DNA of 56,763 bases, filler included, from Sphacelaria rigidula (lineage: Eukaryota): assembly GCA_964200075.2 (NCBI GenBank). It is 6 parts of 6 records of this genome, joined end to end, with 100 filler letters (N's around TTAATTAATTAA, not from the genome) between each part and the next. Parts side by side here need not be neighbours in the genome. Positions count along the whole stretch, not along the records: positions 9,479 to 18,856 come from CAXNAA020008634.1; positions 18,957 to 28,333 come from CAXNAA020008635.1; 4 more parts are not named here. One strand, 5' to 3'. Below the pieces are notes generated by a model. The model was not told the DNA's origin, did not search any database, and saw only the letters and a program-made list of their open reading frames with translations. The stretch's first letter is position 1, and every line of letters begins with the position of its first letter. Below, piece after piece: positions 12,052 through 23,000 of this stretch. The position numbers and the translations under genes were made by a program.

Positions 12052-13713
12052 CTACCTTTCTCGCGTGCGGGATAAGGACGCGGACACGCAACCAGAGGAA
12101 GCAGAAGGGGATAATTCCAACTTCACGTCCGCTACATCTTCAGACATCATAGCATCCCTCACTGCCTCATCAAATAACCGCTCCACCTGCGCTGTTTGGC
12201 GTAGCCTCTTTGAGTTCCTTCCACTCGTGATGTTACTACCGTAGCTCATTTTCACAGCCGTGCCTCTGGAGCCACCACTGCCCATGCCGTCGCAACTGCT
12301 GGGTTGCGCAGTGAACAGTTCGCTACTTCTCACCACCTTAGAAACTCGCGCTGGTTCAATAGTCGTCTCCTTTTCCATTTTCATTCGCGTCTCTCCCCGA
12401 TCAAGAGAAACGAAATATACGGACGCCGTATCGGGAGGCTGTCCCAGGATGGGAGGCGGTGTCGTTTTAACATTTGCACCCCGTTGCCTGGCACGGATGG
12501 CTCGCGAGCTGAGACGAGCATTAGTGTCGCGGGTACCATCGTTCGCGTTAGGACCGGCATCCGATGAATAGACGCGCCCTTTACCGTTCACCTTCTTGCC
12601 ATCGGCTACGCCAAACGACGGGTGTTTCGAGCAACCCTGCTTGCCGCCTCGATTGTTTTTCCCGTCAACCATGCCCGCCGGGGCGTGTGTGGCGCAAAAC
12701 TCCGCCTTCCTGCCATCGGCTGCACCGAACGATGGGTATCTATAGCAGCCCTGCTCGCCGCATCGCTCCTTTACGACGTTGATCATGCCCGCCGGGGCGT
12801 GTGTGGCGCAGAACCCCGCCTTCCTGTCACCGGCTGCACCGAACGATGGGCGTTTGTAGCAGCCCTGCTCGCCGCATCGCTTGTTAACGACGTTCGTCAT
12901 ACCCGCCTGGGCGTGTGTGGCGCAGAACTCCGCCCTTCTGCCACCGGCTGCACCGTGCGACGGGTATTTCGAGCAGCCCTCCTTGCCGCACCGCTTTTTC
13001 ATCACGTAGATCATGCCCGCCGGGGCGTGTGTGGCGCAGAACTCCGCTTTCCTGCTACCTGCTGCACCGTACGATGGGTGTTTCGAGCAACCTTGCTCGC
13101 CGCATCGCTTGTTTCTCACGTCAACCATGCCCGCCGAGGCGTGTTCGGCGCAGAACTCCGCCTTCATGCCACCGGCTGCACCGTACGATGGTTGTTTGAA
13201 ACAGCCCTCCTTACCGCACGGCTTCCTTTTCACGTTGACCATGCCCGACGGGGCATGTGTGGCGCAGAACTCCGCTTTCCTGCCACCGGCTGCACCGAAC
13301 GATGGGTGTTTGGAGCAACCCTTCTCACCACACGACTTGCCCACGACGTTGACCATGCCCGACGGGGCATGTGTGGCGCAGAACTCCGCCGTCCTGCTAC
13401 CGGCTGCACCGTATGACGGTCGTGTGCAGCAACCCTCCCCGCCGCACAGCTTGCTGAGGACGTTGACCATGCCCGCCAGGGCGTGTTTGGCGCAGAACTC
13501 CGCCTTCCTGTCACCGACTGCACCGAACGATGGGTGTATGGAGCAGCCCTCCTCGCCGCACCGCTTGTTTTTCACGTTCGCCATGCCCGCCGGGGCGTGT
13601 GTGGCGCAGAACTCCGCCTTTATGTCACCGGCTACACCGTACGACGGCTGTTTGAAACAGCCCTCCTTGGCGCACTGCCTGCTGGCGCACTGCCTGCCGA
13701 CAACACTGGCCAT
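12052..13713 (-). CDS. EsV-1-7 cysteine-rich repeat protein (9 complete + 1 partial 38-aa C-x4-C-x16-C-x2-H repeats, low-complexity C-terminal tail); may be a pseudogene
   Basis: 553-aa ORF with consensus CGxxGCxxxPS(F/Y)GAAGxRKAEFCATHAPAGMVNVxxKR, the EsV-1-7 motif expanded in brown algae; 114-bp DNA period. Upstream in the same frame is a degenerate repeat with an in-frame TAG (13771-13773), behind a splice acceptor at 13791-13793. Confidence 0.88.
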   Translation of the reverse strand: MASVVGRQCASRQCAKEGCFKQPSYGVAGDIKAEFCATHAPAGMANVKNKRCGEEGCSIHPSFGAVGDRKAEFCAKHALAGMVNVLSKLCGGEGCCTRPSYGAAGSRTAEFCATHAPSGMVNVVGKSCGEKGCSKHPSFGAAGGRKAEFCATHAPSGMVNVKRKPCGKEGCFKQPSYGAAGGMKAEFCAEHASAGMVDVRNKRCGEQGCSKHPSYGAAGSRKAEFCATHAPAGMIYVMKKRCGKEGCSKYPSHGAAGGRRAEFCATHAQAGMTNVVNKRCGEQGCYKRPSFGAAGDRKAGFCATHAPAGMINVVKERCGEQGCYRYPSFGAADGRKAEFCATHAPAGMVDGKNNRGGKQGCSKHPSFGVADGKKVNGKGRVYSSDAGPNANDGTRDTNARLSSRAIRARQRGANVKTTPPPILGQPPDTASVYFVSLDRGETRMKMEKETTIEPARVSKVVRSSELFTAQPSSCDGMGSGGSRGTAVKMSYGSNITSGRNSKRLRQTAQVERLFDEAVRDAMMSEDVADVKLELSPSASSGCVSASLSRTRER

Positions 13714-15664
13714 GCTTCCCGGCGTGCGTGTGGCGCGGAACTCCGCCTTCCTGCCACCGGCCGGACCGAACTATGGTGATTTCAAGCAGCCTGCACGAAA
13801 AAAATAGCACAGATAATTAGCTGTCGCGCTGATCTGTATGGGATCGTACATCATAATCATAGTATCGGGGTCGACAAATGGCATCCAGGCTGGAGTGGAT
13901 GACAACCCAACCGTGGAGTCAGCAGGCGAGGTGGATATCTACTGCGGCATGGTCGCTACAGGCGGTATGGTGCCTTCTCCATAAGGAGCATAGTGACAAT
14001 GCTGTGACTACGGCACGGACGACTTGACAAGAACGGTGTTCAACTCTAAACACTCACAAAACCCCTTACTGCAGGTGACCCGATACAAGGCCGGGTTGAT
14101 CCATGCCGAGTAATTCGGCCTAATATTAACAAAAAGGCGTACAACCGATTTTGAGTCGCTCTTGAAAGGGCCGAACCGGCCTTATGAAATGGGCCTAATG
14201 TCGGGTCAACAAGCTGCAAGCGTTGTCCTAGTTGACGGAGAACAGAAGCATCGCATTGTACGTCATTGATGGTATTGTGTCGTCTCTGGGGTGATACGCA
14301 CCGCCGTCAGCCCGTAAGCCGTTCGAAATTTTGAGTGCAGAGATGACTTTTGTTCGGGAGGTGGACCGGATGCGTACTATCTCCCGGTCCTAAGTGGTTA
14401 TATGATAGAGGATCAACAGTGCTATCGGAACTTCCCTTCAGAAGTCCCTTTATGACTCACATCCGGGCCTCATTTTGCAGCCTCAGAAAACGTTTCGACT
14501 GATGGTGCATCCCTTTCGTAGGATCACTTCACTCAAATTTTGACATCAAACGTCCACTGGGATGAGATGTGGCATGCGAACAAGCCATTACACATCGCCA
14601 ACTACAAAAAAACGTGAGCAAGTCTGGTTCAGCTGGAAACTACCACACGTCCACCAACCGGCACCCTGGGGTACAAGACGTCGGCATGATGCGAGACAGG
14701 GGTCATCTGCGGGCTAGAGTGTGAACGTGTGCAGGTGTGGGGCTACCGGAGCCTCAGTCATTGTGGCTCGCTCGCCCATGTTCCACGGGGTGCACTTGAA
14801 CAGCACAAACTGGGTGTACTTGTTATTGAGACTGCTCCGGAGGCAACGTTGTTACGCGAGGATACGCAAAGCACGGAAGACGTGACCGTGTCTCGGCCGC
14901 TGGGAAACGAGAATACCCTGGGATTGCAAAATTAGTTTGAGGATGGGTTTCAAAAGGAACACATCTGGTGGAGGCGCAACCAATCGGCACTTCCCCCACG
15001 AAGAGTCAAGCCGGAGTGACGCTCAGGGTCAAGAATGATGCCTCCACCATGAGCACATGAACTCGTCAGGGCCACAACACGGCATAGCAGATAGGATTTG
15101 TCTCCATACGAAAGTGGACTCAGGGGTATTTCGTGATCGTTGATACTGCTGTATAGAAAACGGTACGGTGTGCTGAAGAACATACGTCGTTCCAAAAAGA
15201 GAGAACGAAGCCAACACCCAGTCAAGTCACGAGGAAACGACATCATATCATCATTAGTTCCGCTGCTGTGAGCCACAAGCACGCCAAATTGATGCTGTCA
15301 GAAATAGAAGAGAAGCGTTGGCAAGCGGTGGGAAACAAATTCACGCGTGGACGAGGACCTGAAAAAAGAGCTGTAAAAACACGCAGACATCTACGTCATA
15401 TCACACATCGCCTTCACAGAATATAAAATGATATGTTGGAGGCATTTGGCCGACGAGTGAGGTGAGGCTTAGACTGAGATTTCGGCAAGAGAATACAAAC
15501 AAGGCAGAACTCGCTTGTACTCGGATTGTTTGCCATATCGAATGGTAGTGTATCTTCATTATGAGCAGTCCCCGAACAAATGTGCGAATCCAGTCCACCA
15601 TACCGCAGAGAGTTGAAATGATACAGTGGTTTTCAGCTGAAATAGAGGATAGTCGAGATCATTT

Positions 15665-16754
15665 CAAGGGCAGGTCAACTAGAGTATGTACTTTTGAGTA
15701 CTCGAAATACTCGAGTATTCACTCTACTCAAAGTTTGAATAGGTCGGGTAAGGTCTCACATACTCTACTCAATTTTTTAGTAGATCGAGAACGACCTCGA
15801 ATACTCTACTCAAATATTGAGTAAGCACTCTCAGTATTATTTGAGTAGAGAGTATCACTTGGGTATGGTAAGTACCCGTGATCGTCGGCAACTTCGTGAC
15901 GTCACTCCACAGACTATGTTGATGCATGGGCGAACGATGGCCATCAAATAGTATGAGCGAATGATGGGCTTAAAAAAAAAAAAACGTGGAGGTGAATGAA
16001 CAGTGCAAGACTTCGACTGCCCAATACTTCGATATGATTCTCAAGCTTTTGAGTACCCCGTTCGACAATACCCAAATTTTTGTTTTGCCCTAGCCTTGTA
16101 CCATTTGGTGCTGATCCAAATGCTATCTCGAATATACTGTATCCAAATGTTTGATGAAGTTTGATCTTGAAACAGCACTAATGATGGGTGGGCAACTCTA
16201 GGAATACCTCGGTATTTCCTCTACTCGAGTTTGAGTATCTTGCGTGCGAACTTGAATACTGAGGTTGAAGTTATCGGTACATCGGGTCCGGCCTTAGACA
16301 CCCTACCCAACTTTCGGGTAGATTGAGTATGGCCGCCAATACTATACTCAAATTTTGAGTCGATTGAATATGACCTAAAATACTGGACTCCACGGTTGGA
16401 GTCGGTCAAGTACGGCCTCAAATACTTTACTCAATTTTTGAATGGATCGAGAACGGCCTCAAATATCATGCTTGGATTTTGAGAAAGCACTCTCAGAAAC
16501 ACCTGAATATAGAGTACGGCCTCAAATACTCTACTCAAATTCTGAGTCTGTTGAGTATGGCCTCGAATACTCTACTCAAATTTTGAATGAATCGAGAACG
16601 ACCTCAAATATCATGCTTGAATTTTGAGAAAGCACTCTCAGTAACACCTGAGTATAGAGTACGGCCTCAAATACTCTACTCAAAATCTGAGTACTAGAAG
16701 TATGACCCTTTGAAAATACTCAGTATCGAGTATACTTTACTCGACCTGCCCTTG
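15665..16754. mobile_element. Non-autonomous hAT-like DNA transposon, 1090 bp
   Basis: TIR caagggcaggtc is perfect for 12 bp and extends to 20/23. Flanking 8-mers gatcattt (15657-15664) and ggtcattt (16755-16762) form an 8-bp TSD with one mismatch. ~41-bp subterminal repeats lie at both ends. No transposase ORF. Confidence 0.82.
16323..16693. repeat. Subterminal tandem array, ~41-bp unit with a ~145-bp higher-order repeat
   Basis: Unit approximates gagtacggcctcaaatactctactcaaattttgagtcgatt, about 8 copies; three further copies lie at ~15715-15825. Confidence 0.85.
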
Positions 16755-18856
16755 GGTCATTTCGGAGTGTGCGAATTTCGTAAGTGCTTTCGGTTGCTAC
16801 CACTTATCGCAGTGGACGTTTGATACAAAGGTTTGGGATCGGTAGATACCCAGTCAGCGCCTTCACATTTGCACACACTCATATCGGTACTTAATATTGA
16901 ACGACTTACAGGGTGGAACATTTTCGAGGGTCCTGCGACTACCCCGCCCCAGGCTTTGACCCGACAATTTCGCATTATTGAAGCAATCCCGATCGTTGTA
17001 ACGAAACAAATGAAAATGAATGTTGACTTGGAATTCTATCCATCCATTGCCTTGGAGCCAAATAACTGTGTCTTTTGGTCTAGGGACAATCGATGACACT
17101 CCCTGATGAACAAGGTGAACCGATTCCGATCACTCTGGTGAATAACTTGACAGCCCAATTGTTTTCCTTGCCTGTTCATTACGTTAGAGCCGAATTGATT
17201 GTTTTTTGGCCAAAAAAAAGCAAAGAGCATCCCTGTCGATTCAATCCGTAAGTCGTTCAGTGCTAAGCGCAGAGACCATTTTCATTTCGAAGTGTGAAGC
17301 GGATGCCTAGTATTTCGCGATCCCCAAGCGTTGGCGTCAAGGGTTCACCGGGATGCGTGATGGGTGCGCGAAAAAGCTATGGGAAATCGATGGCAACCAA
17401 AAATCACAAGAACTCCTCATTTCAGCTCAAACCACCGCAGTCCCGTTTACAGGGATTCCGTATCGTATCATAGTTACTGAATGACGTGTACTACGCAGTG
17501 CAGAGACTGCGGAACACCGGTGCTCCACGACAACGTCATCGTGGGAAACCAGCGTTCATTACACTTCGTGTAAATTACACGTTAAAATGGCATCTCAAAC
17601 TGCGCTTCACTTGGAAATGTTCATGAAACATTTCCTTCAGTACTTTGGTTATTGAGTGCGCTTTCCATGATCCGAAGGCTGCAATGAGTTCGGGCAGTGG
17701 CGTTTCCCCGATAACAGGTTTGGAAGCCGTTTTTTACGACTCTTGATACGCTCTGGCGCGTTCCACACCAAGCCGGGTAGTGCGCCGTCGTGATGGTTAT
17801 CACCATCGTTGACGTGTTCAACGAAACAGCGAGCGCTGTATGGCCCAGTGCCTTCAGCTATGCACTCTCGCATACGGCGCTGAATTTGTGCGGCTGCACA
17901 GCATGTTCCGTAAAGTATACAGCTGCGCCTTGTACGGGCATATCACATGTACCGCCGGTGCAGTTGCCCAGCGGCACTGGCTGCATTGTAATGCTACTGC
18001 ATCGTACGATGTGTAGTGTTGTGGTGTGTACACCACCTCGTGCACTACTTTTCACGTTTGTATTGTTTGTTCAGCTGGTCGCAACATGCTTGATAGAGGC
18101 TATTTTGTGTGATTCCATGTTCCGGCCGACCTCGACTTCTCCGAGGACAGTCCGGTTCTCTCGGAACGATGGACGGGAAAAGCATACATCGGGGGGAAGT
18201 GCCCATTCTCGGAGAAGATCCCCCTCTCCCTCTGAAAGGTCTCACGAGGAGCTGCGTGAAAATAAATCATCACCTGTAAGAACCGCTCGAACCCTGTCGA
18301 TCGAGTACTCCATCTGACCAGAACAAGCGGCGTTGAACCTTTTCTCCGCCATATTTGTGTGTTTGTTCGCACCTCGCCGCTCGTCTCATGACAAAGGATG
18401 CCGTTGTTTGAGGAGAAACGGAAAAGCGTGCAGCAACTGCGTGCAGAAAACTCCCGACGTGCGACAGGATATACGTGGCGACCTGGCGGGGATTCTGGTT
18501 TGGGGCTGGTTAAGCAGCCTTCGCCACTTCTGGGGGGAACTTGTGATCATGGGTCGATGAGAGGAGTCTGCTGTAGTGTTTGGCGTAGTGGAACAAAAAC
18601 GACATCTGTAAATTGTGCTCGCCATTGGTTGTTTGCGTTGGTGCAGAAAATACCCTTCTGTAGCTTTTTTATGCGGTGCATGCGTCAACGCTGATCCCTC
18701 GGTTTGTTTCCGTTGTCTCATTTGCGGGGGTGCGTATGTTACGGCTGTCGGGGTCACAATCTATTCATTCATTTGTCATACGTTGATGTCATACTTCCTC
18801 TGTCCCATAAGTCTGTATCGTTATGTTTGTACGGGCCCTTAACGATGTCCGATTTG

Positions 18857-18956
18857 NNNNNNNNNNNNNNNNNNNNNNNNNNNNNNNNNNNNNNNNNNNN
18901 TTAATTAATTAANNNNNNNNNNNNNNNNNNNNNNNNNNNNNNNNNNNNNNNNNNNN
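18857..18956. other. Artificial linker (44N-TTAATTAATTAA-44N)
   Basis: Same linker as 9379-9478. Confidence 0.97.
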
Positions 18957-19204
18957 AACGACTCCCCCCCCCCCCTCCTTCCAATTTTTCCCCCCCCCCC
19001 CCCCCCTTCTCGAGTTCCCTTCAGGTGATGTTCTCGCGTTCATTCGCGTTGAGTACCTCCATTTTGCGATGGTACATGTGGGCCACTATTGGTGAGAAGT
19101 ATCGTAATTCTGCGATGCACCAAATCATTGCACCGCATAAAAAATTGCCGTCGTCCCCGTCGATGTACTGCGTCACGGATTCAGTCGTCATTCAGGTGTC
19201 ACAC

Positions 19205-20000
19205 CGTGTATGTGTCGATTCCGTCATAAGCTGCCATAGCCGTTCCAGAGGCCACAATCATCGCCTTCACCAACGCATTAGACGGATTAAACATGTCCGT
19301 GGGCGAGGCCTGTCCTGTGGGGTACCAACCCTGGAAGCGAAGAGGGGGGGTAGCAAAATGAAAGGGGGAGGAGGGGGGGGTGCGTTTACGCTTTTGGCCA
19401 CCAACAGCTTGAAGGATTTTCCACGGGGGCAGTCGTGTGTACAAAGCAAGATACAGAACGGTACACTGGCATACATACATACATACATGGGTGGACTGAC
19501 ACAAATTAATTGCTCTGCGGTCGAAAGGTTCACACTATTGCAGGAATTCCCGACAGCACACTGAGTCTTGTTGAAAAAACTCAAGGGGTAGGGTGGCACA
19601 AGGTGATGAACACGGAGCTGGATAGTGAGCGGCGAGAGGGCGGTGAGTACGGTTGGACGGATTAGGACTTGGGTGTTCGGGCAGAGATGTCGTATCTACG
19701 GTGCGAGTTGTGATAAACCGGCTCCGGCAAGGGGGGGCACATTAATGCACCCCTCCGGAGGTTGTTGGCCACCAAAATTATTGCCATTCACGCACGAGTA
19801 TTGTTCGAGTAGCATGTCTCATCGAGGGGCAAGGCGTGGGGTGGTAGGGAAACTGACCCGCACCACCTCGACATTCTATTTCGGTCGTATTGACCTGAGC
19901 ACAAGACATGCAGCAGCAGCTGCTGCTGCTACTACTGCTACTGCTACTGCTACTGCTACTGCTACTGCTGCTACTGCTGCTGCTACTACTACTACTGCTG

Positions 20001-20061
<61 letters not shown>

Positions 20062-23000
20062 GACTACTTCTACGACTACGACTACGACTACGACTACGAC
20101 TACGACTACGACTACTACGGTGACTACTGCGGGTATCTCCACTACTGTCATCGCGCAGGTACACATGGTGGTAGGAACGTGCCTGGACGAAGTACTGCCG
20201 AACTAGAGCAACGGATCCAGCCACCACGGGTGTGGCCATGCTTGTACCTGCCATGGAGCCAATGTCGCACGTTTCTCCATCGTCCGGGTTTCCCTTTGAA
20301 ACAAATCGCAAGGTAACAACAGATGTTGCGGTTATTGACACTGGCATTATCATACTGTCACAACTTGTATAGTTGCTAGACAATGACAGCATGGTGTTGT
20401 GCGTTGAACAATGATGACAGCACCATCGGTGCAGTTGGAAGCTTACAGCATGATGCCGTCGACCGGTATTGTTGGGGGAGGAGGGCCAACTGTCACGTTG
20501 TGGTGGTGCAGGGTCACCGCTCATTTTCTGTTCTATTATGCGGATTGAAAGGAAGAAAAGGAGGGTAATCCCCTTCACTATATACCAGCATTTTTTACCG
20601 CTCCCACCCCTCTCACGTTTGTTCATGAAAGGATCGTTCGAATTGCACACAGCCATCACCAAGGACAACATCAACAGCGACCAGAGAGTGTGGCGAACGA
20701 TAAAAGAGGCCTCCATCGGCACACGAGCTACCTGCGCGGAAAACAGGTGATAACCCGGAGCCACCACATCCGGCTTAATCCTGTTGTCGTCAGCCGTAGG
20801 TCCCTGAGACGAAAAATATGCCACCTCACTTATGTCATCTGCAAGACCGGCGCTGTTTGGACTGGCTTCGCTCGCCCCCACCGTGATCACATTCTTCGCC
20901 AAGGCCGGCGACAGGATCGACCCTGCCCCGTAGATGTACTCGCCCTGGGCAATGTGTAGTCACGCATCATAGAGGACAACTGGCTACGCTGGGGACAGGA
21001 GTTGTACTGATGAACCATGGATGTCTTGGGTGAGTCATATGATACACTCCCCCGCTGAATCGGGTAGACAATACAGTAGCTACCTGCAACTTGACTTTTA
21101 CGTCGTTCGTACAGTAGACGGTGCTGTATTATTGATTGAGGGACCGCAACAGGCAGAATAGGCTGAAGTTTGGTAAAAACCAAAATTATGATAATATTGC
21201 CGGATCGATAACCTTTTTCTTTTTCCGCAGACTTGAACAGAAGAACACTCAACGATTGTTTTGTTTCTTTCAACTCTGATGTCATGACCTTGACGGCTTC
21301 ATATCTTGTATTACTATTTTCTCCTTTTGCCTTGCTATAGGAGACGCAATTCGTGACCCTCAAGAGAGAATTCGGTCGAACCATTGCAAATACGTCAATA
21401 GTTCTCAACACACAAACCATCACACCCAAAACGGTACAATACGTCGTCCATCTTAACCCTGAAATGGAAGACCTCGAACGAGAAAAAGTCACCCACATCT
21501 GAGTTGCACTCGGAGATTGAGTCGCCGCAATTCCCCGCGGCAACGAGGATGACCATGTCTGGGTTACTGTACGCGAACGCGTCCAGTTGTGCATCCAGGG
21601 TGGTGTACGTTGTTCGCACTGCCCCCCAGCTATTGGTGCTAACCCGAGCACCGATGTCGTACGGCGGCTGCAGTAGCTGGGTCTAAGGTAGCGGTGTGTG
21701 TGCGTGTGTGTGCGTGTGTGTGGAGAGGAGGAGAAGTTGACGGGAACGGTGAACGTATTTTGATTGACGCATATGGATTCGATTGTGCCCACAAGACTAA
21801 CCACGTGGCTCTGGAGGTCTGGAGAAGGAATCGTACGGTAGGGGTACATTTAGGATGCTCGCCCTCGTCAAGCACAGACATCCACATCAAGATACGAGAT
21901 ACAACAATCTCAGGAAGACATTTACATCACACGGTCCAACGTGGGGGGTGTATCGCGGTCAGCAATGAGAGCTATATAGGATGGTACGAGGTGCTCGCTC
22001 GAAGCTCGCTCTAAGTACTCAGAGGAAGAGCGACAACGAGTGTCACTTTCGAGGGCGACAGGAGGGCCGCTCAGCAAGGGCATCTGGGAAAAGCGGTGCA
22101 AAAATCAGCTTGAGTGGTCCTCGCATCGATTGCGTCTCTTCCGACGTCTCCAAAGGCCCACGGTGCGCCCGGGCTGAAGTGGTCGCGCTGGAATGCCGCT
22201 TTCTAGACACCACGGCTATCTAGATCTGAATATAGCATGTACCATGTACCAACAACTGTATACCTATACACGGGGTGAACGAGTTTCTCAGAAACCTGTA
22301 GCACACAAGACTTTGCGGGCTTCCTACGATCCTGTATTTGTGGACTCGGTCGCTCTCTGAGCGGTATCCGTCGCGCTTCTTCAAAACATCGAAAACGAAC
22401 AAGAGCGGCAATTTTCAGAGCTCCAACTTCTACAAAGGAGCTCCCTCGCTACATAACTCGGCCAAATCGCCCTGCCTCCGCTGTCACACGCATCCGTAAA
22501 GTATTCCACACTTGCTTGTACGTGGCCAAAGGGAAGACATCGCCGGGCCTTATCGCTCAGCACTTGTCGTTGTGACTGTACTGGACATTTTAGATTTTTC
22601 AGCAATTTCCCCCCTACCTGAAAGCCGCAACAAACTCTCAAAAGAAACGGCAGGTTTAGCTAGCGCCCTGTGCTCGCCTGTAAGTTGGTAGGGGTCACAA
22701 GGGCCCCCTCTGAATTTCCGAAGTCGAAAACCGACAACTTCGCTCCGAATGCCATCTGTTTCCGGCGGGCATATTCGCGCGACAGAATCAATCGTTATTG
22801 GATACGTTGGACACGGAAATCAAGCATGGGTTGTGTCTGCGCGGTGAGGTCTGTGTGTGTGAATGGCATGTCTGAATCTGGTGATGCCAGCAGACAGTTC
22901 TGATTAGGACGTAAATCGTGTAGCGTTTGAAACCGCGCCGTTGTGTTTTCTCACATTTTGTCCATGCCGCACAGCTGCAAAGCCGTGTGCAATAACCACA

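Noticed and set aside
12622-13807. Two 264-aa repetitive ORFs on the + strand
   Set aside because: Antisense shadows of the GC-rich EsV-1-7 array.
16323-16693. CRISPR array (regularly spaced palindromic repeats)
   Set aside because: No unique spacers, units are degenerate tandem copies, no cas genes, and the array is enclosed by TIRs and a TSD in eukaryotic DNA.
17621-18560. Continuation of the subtilisin gene beyond the linker
   Set aside because: The expected QGFGR-type motif was not found, and the fragment is separated by an artificial linker.
19625-20206. Poly-Thr/Ser/Leu/Val ORFs
   Set aside because: Translations of an intronic trinucleotide microsatellite.
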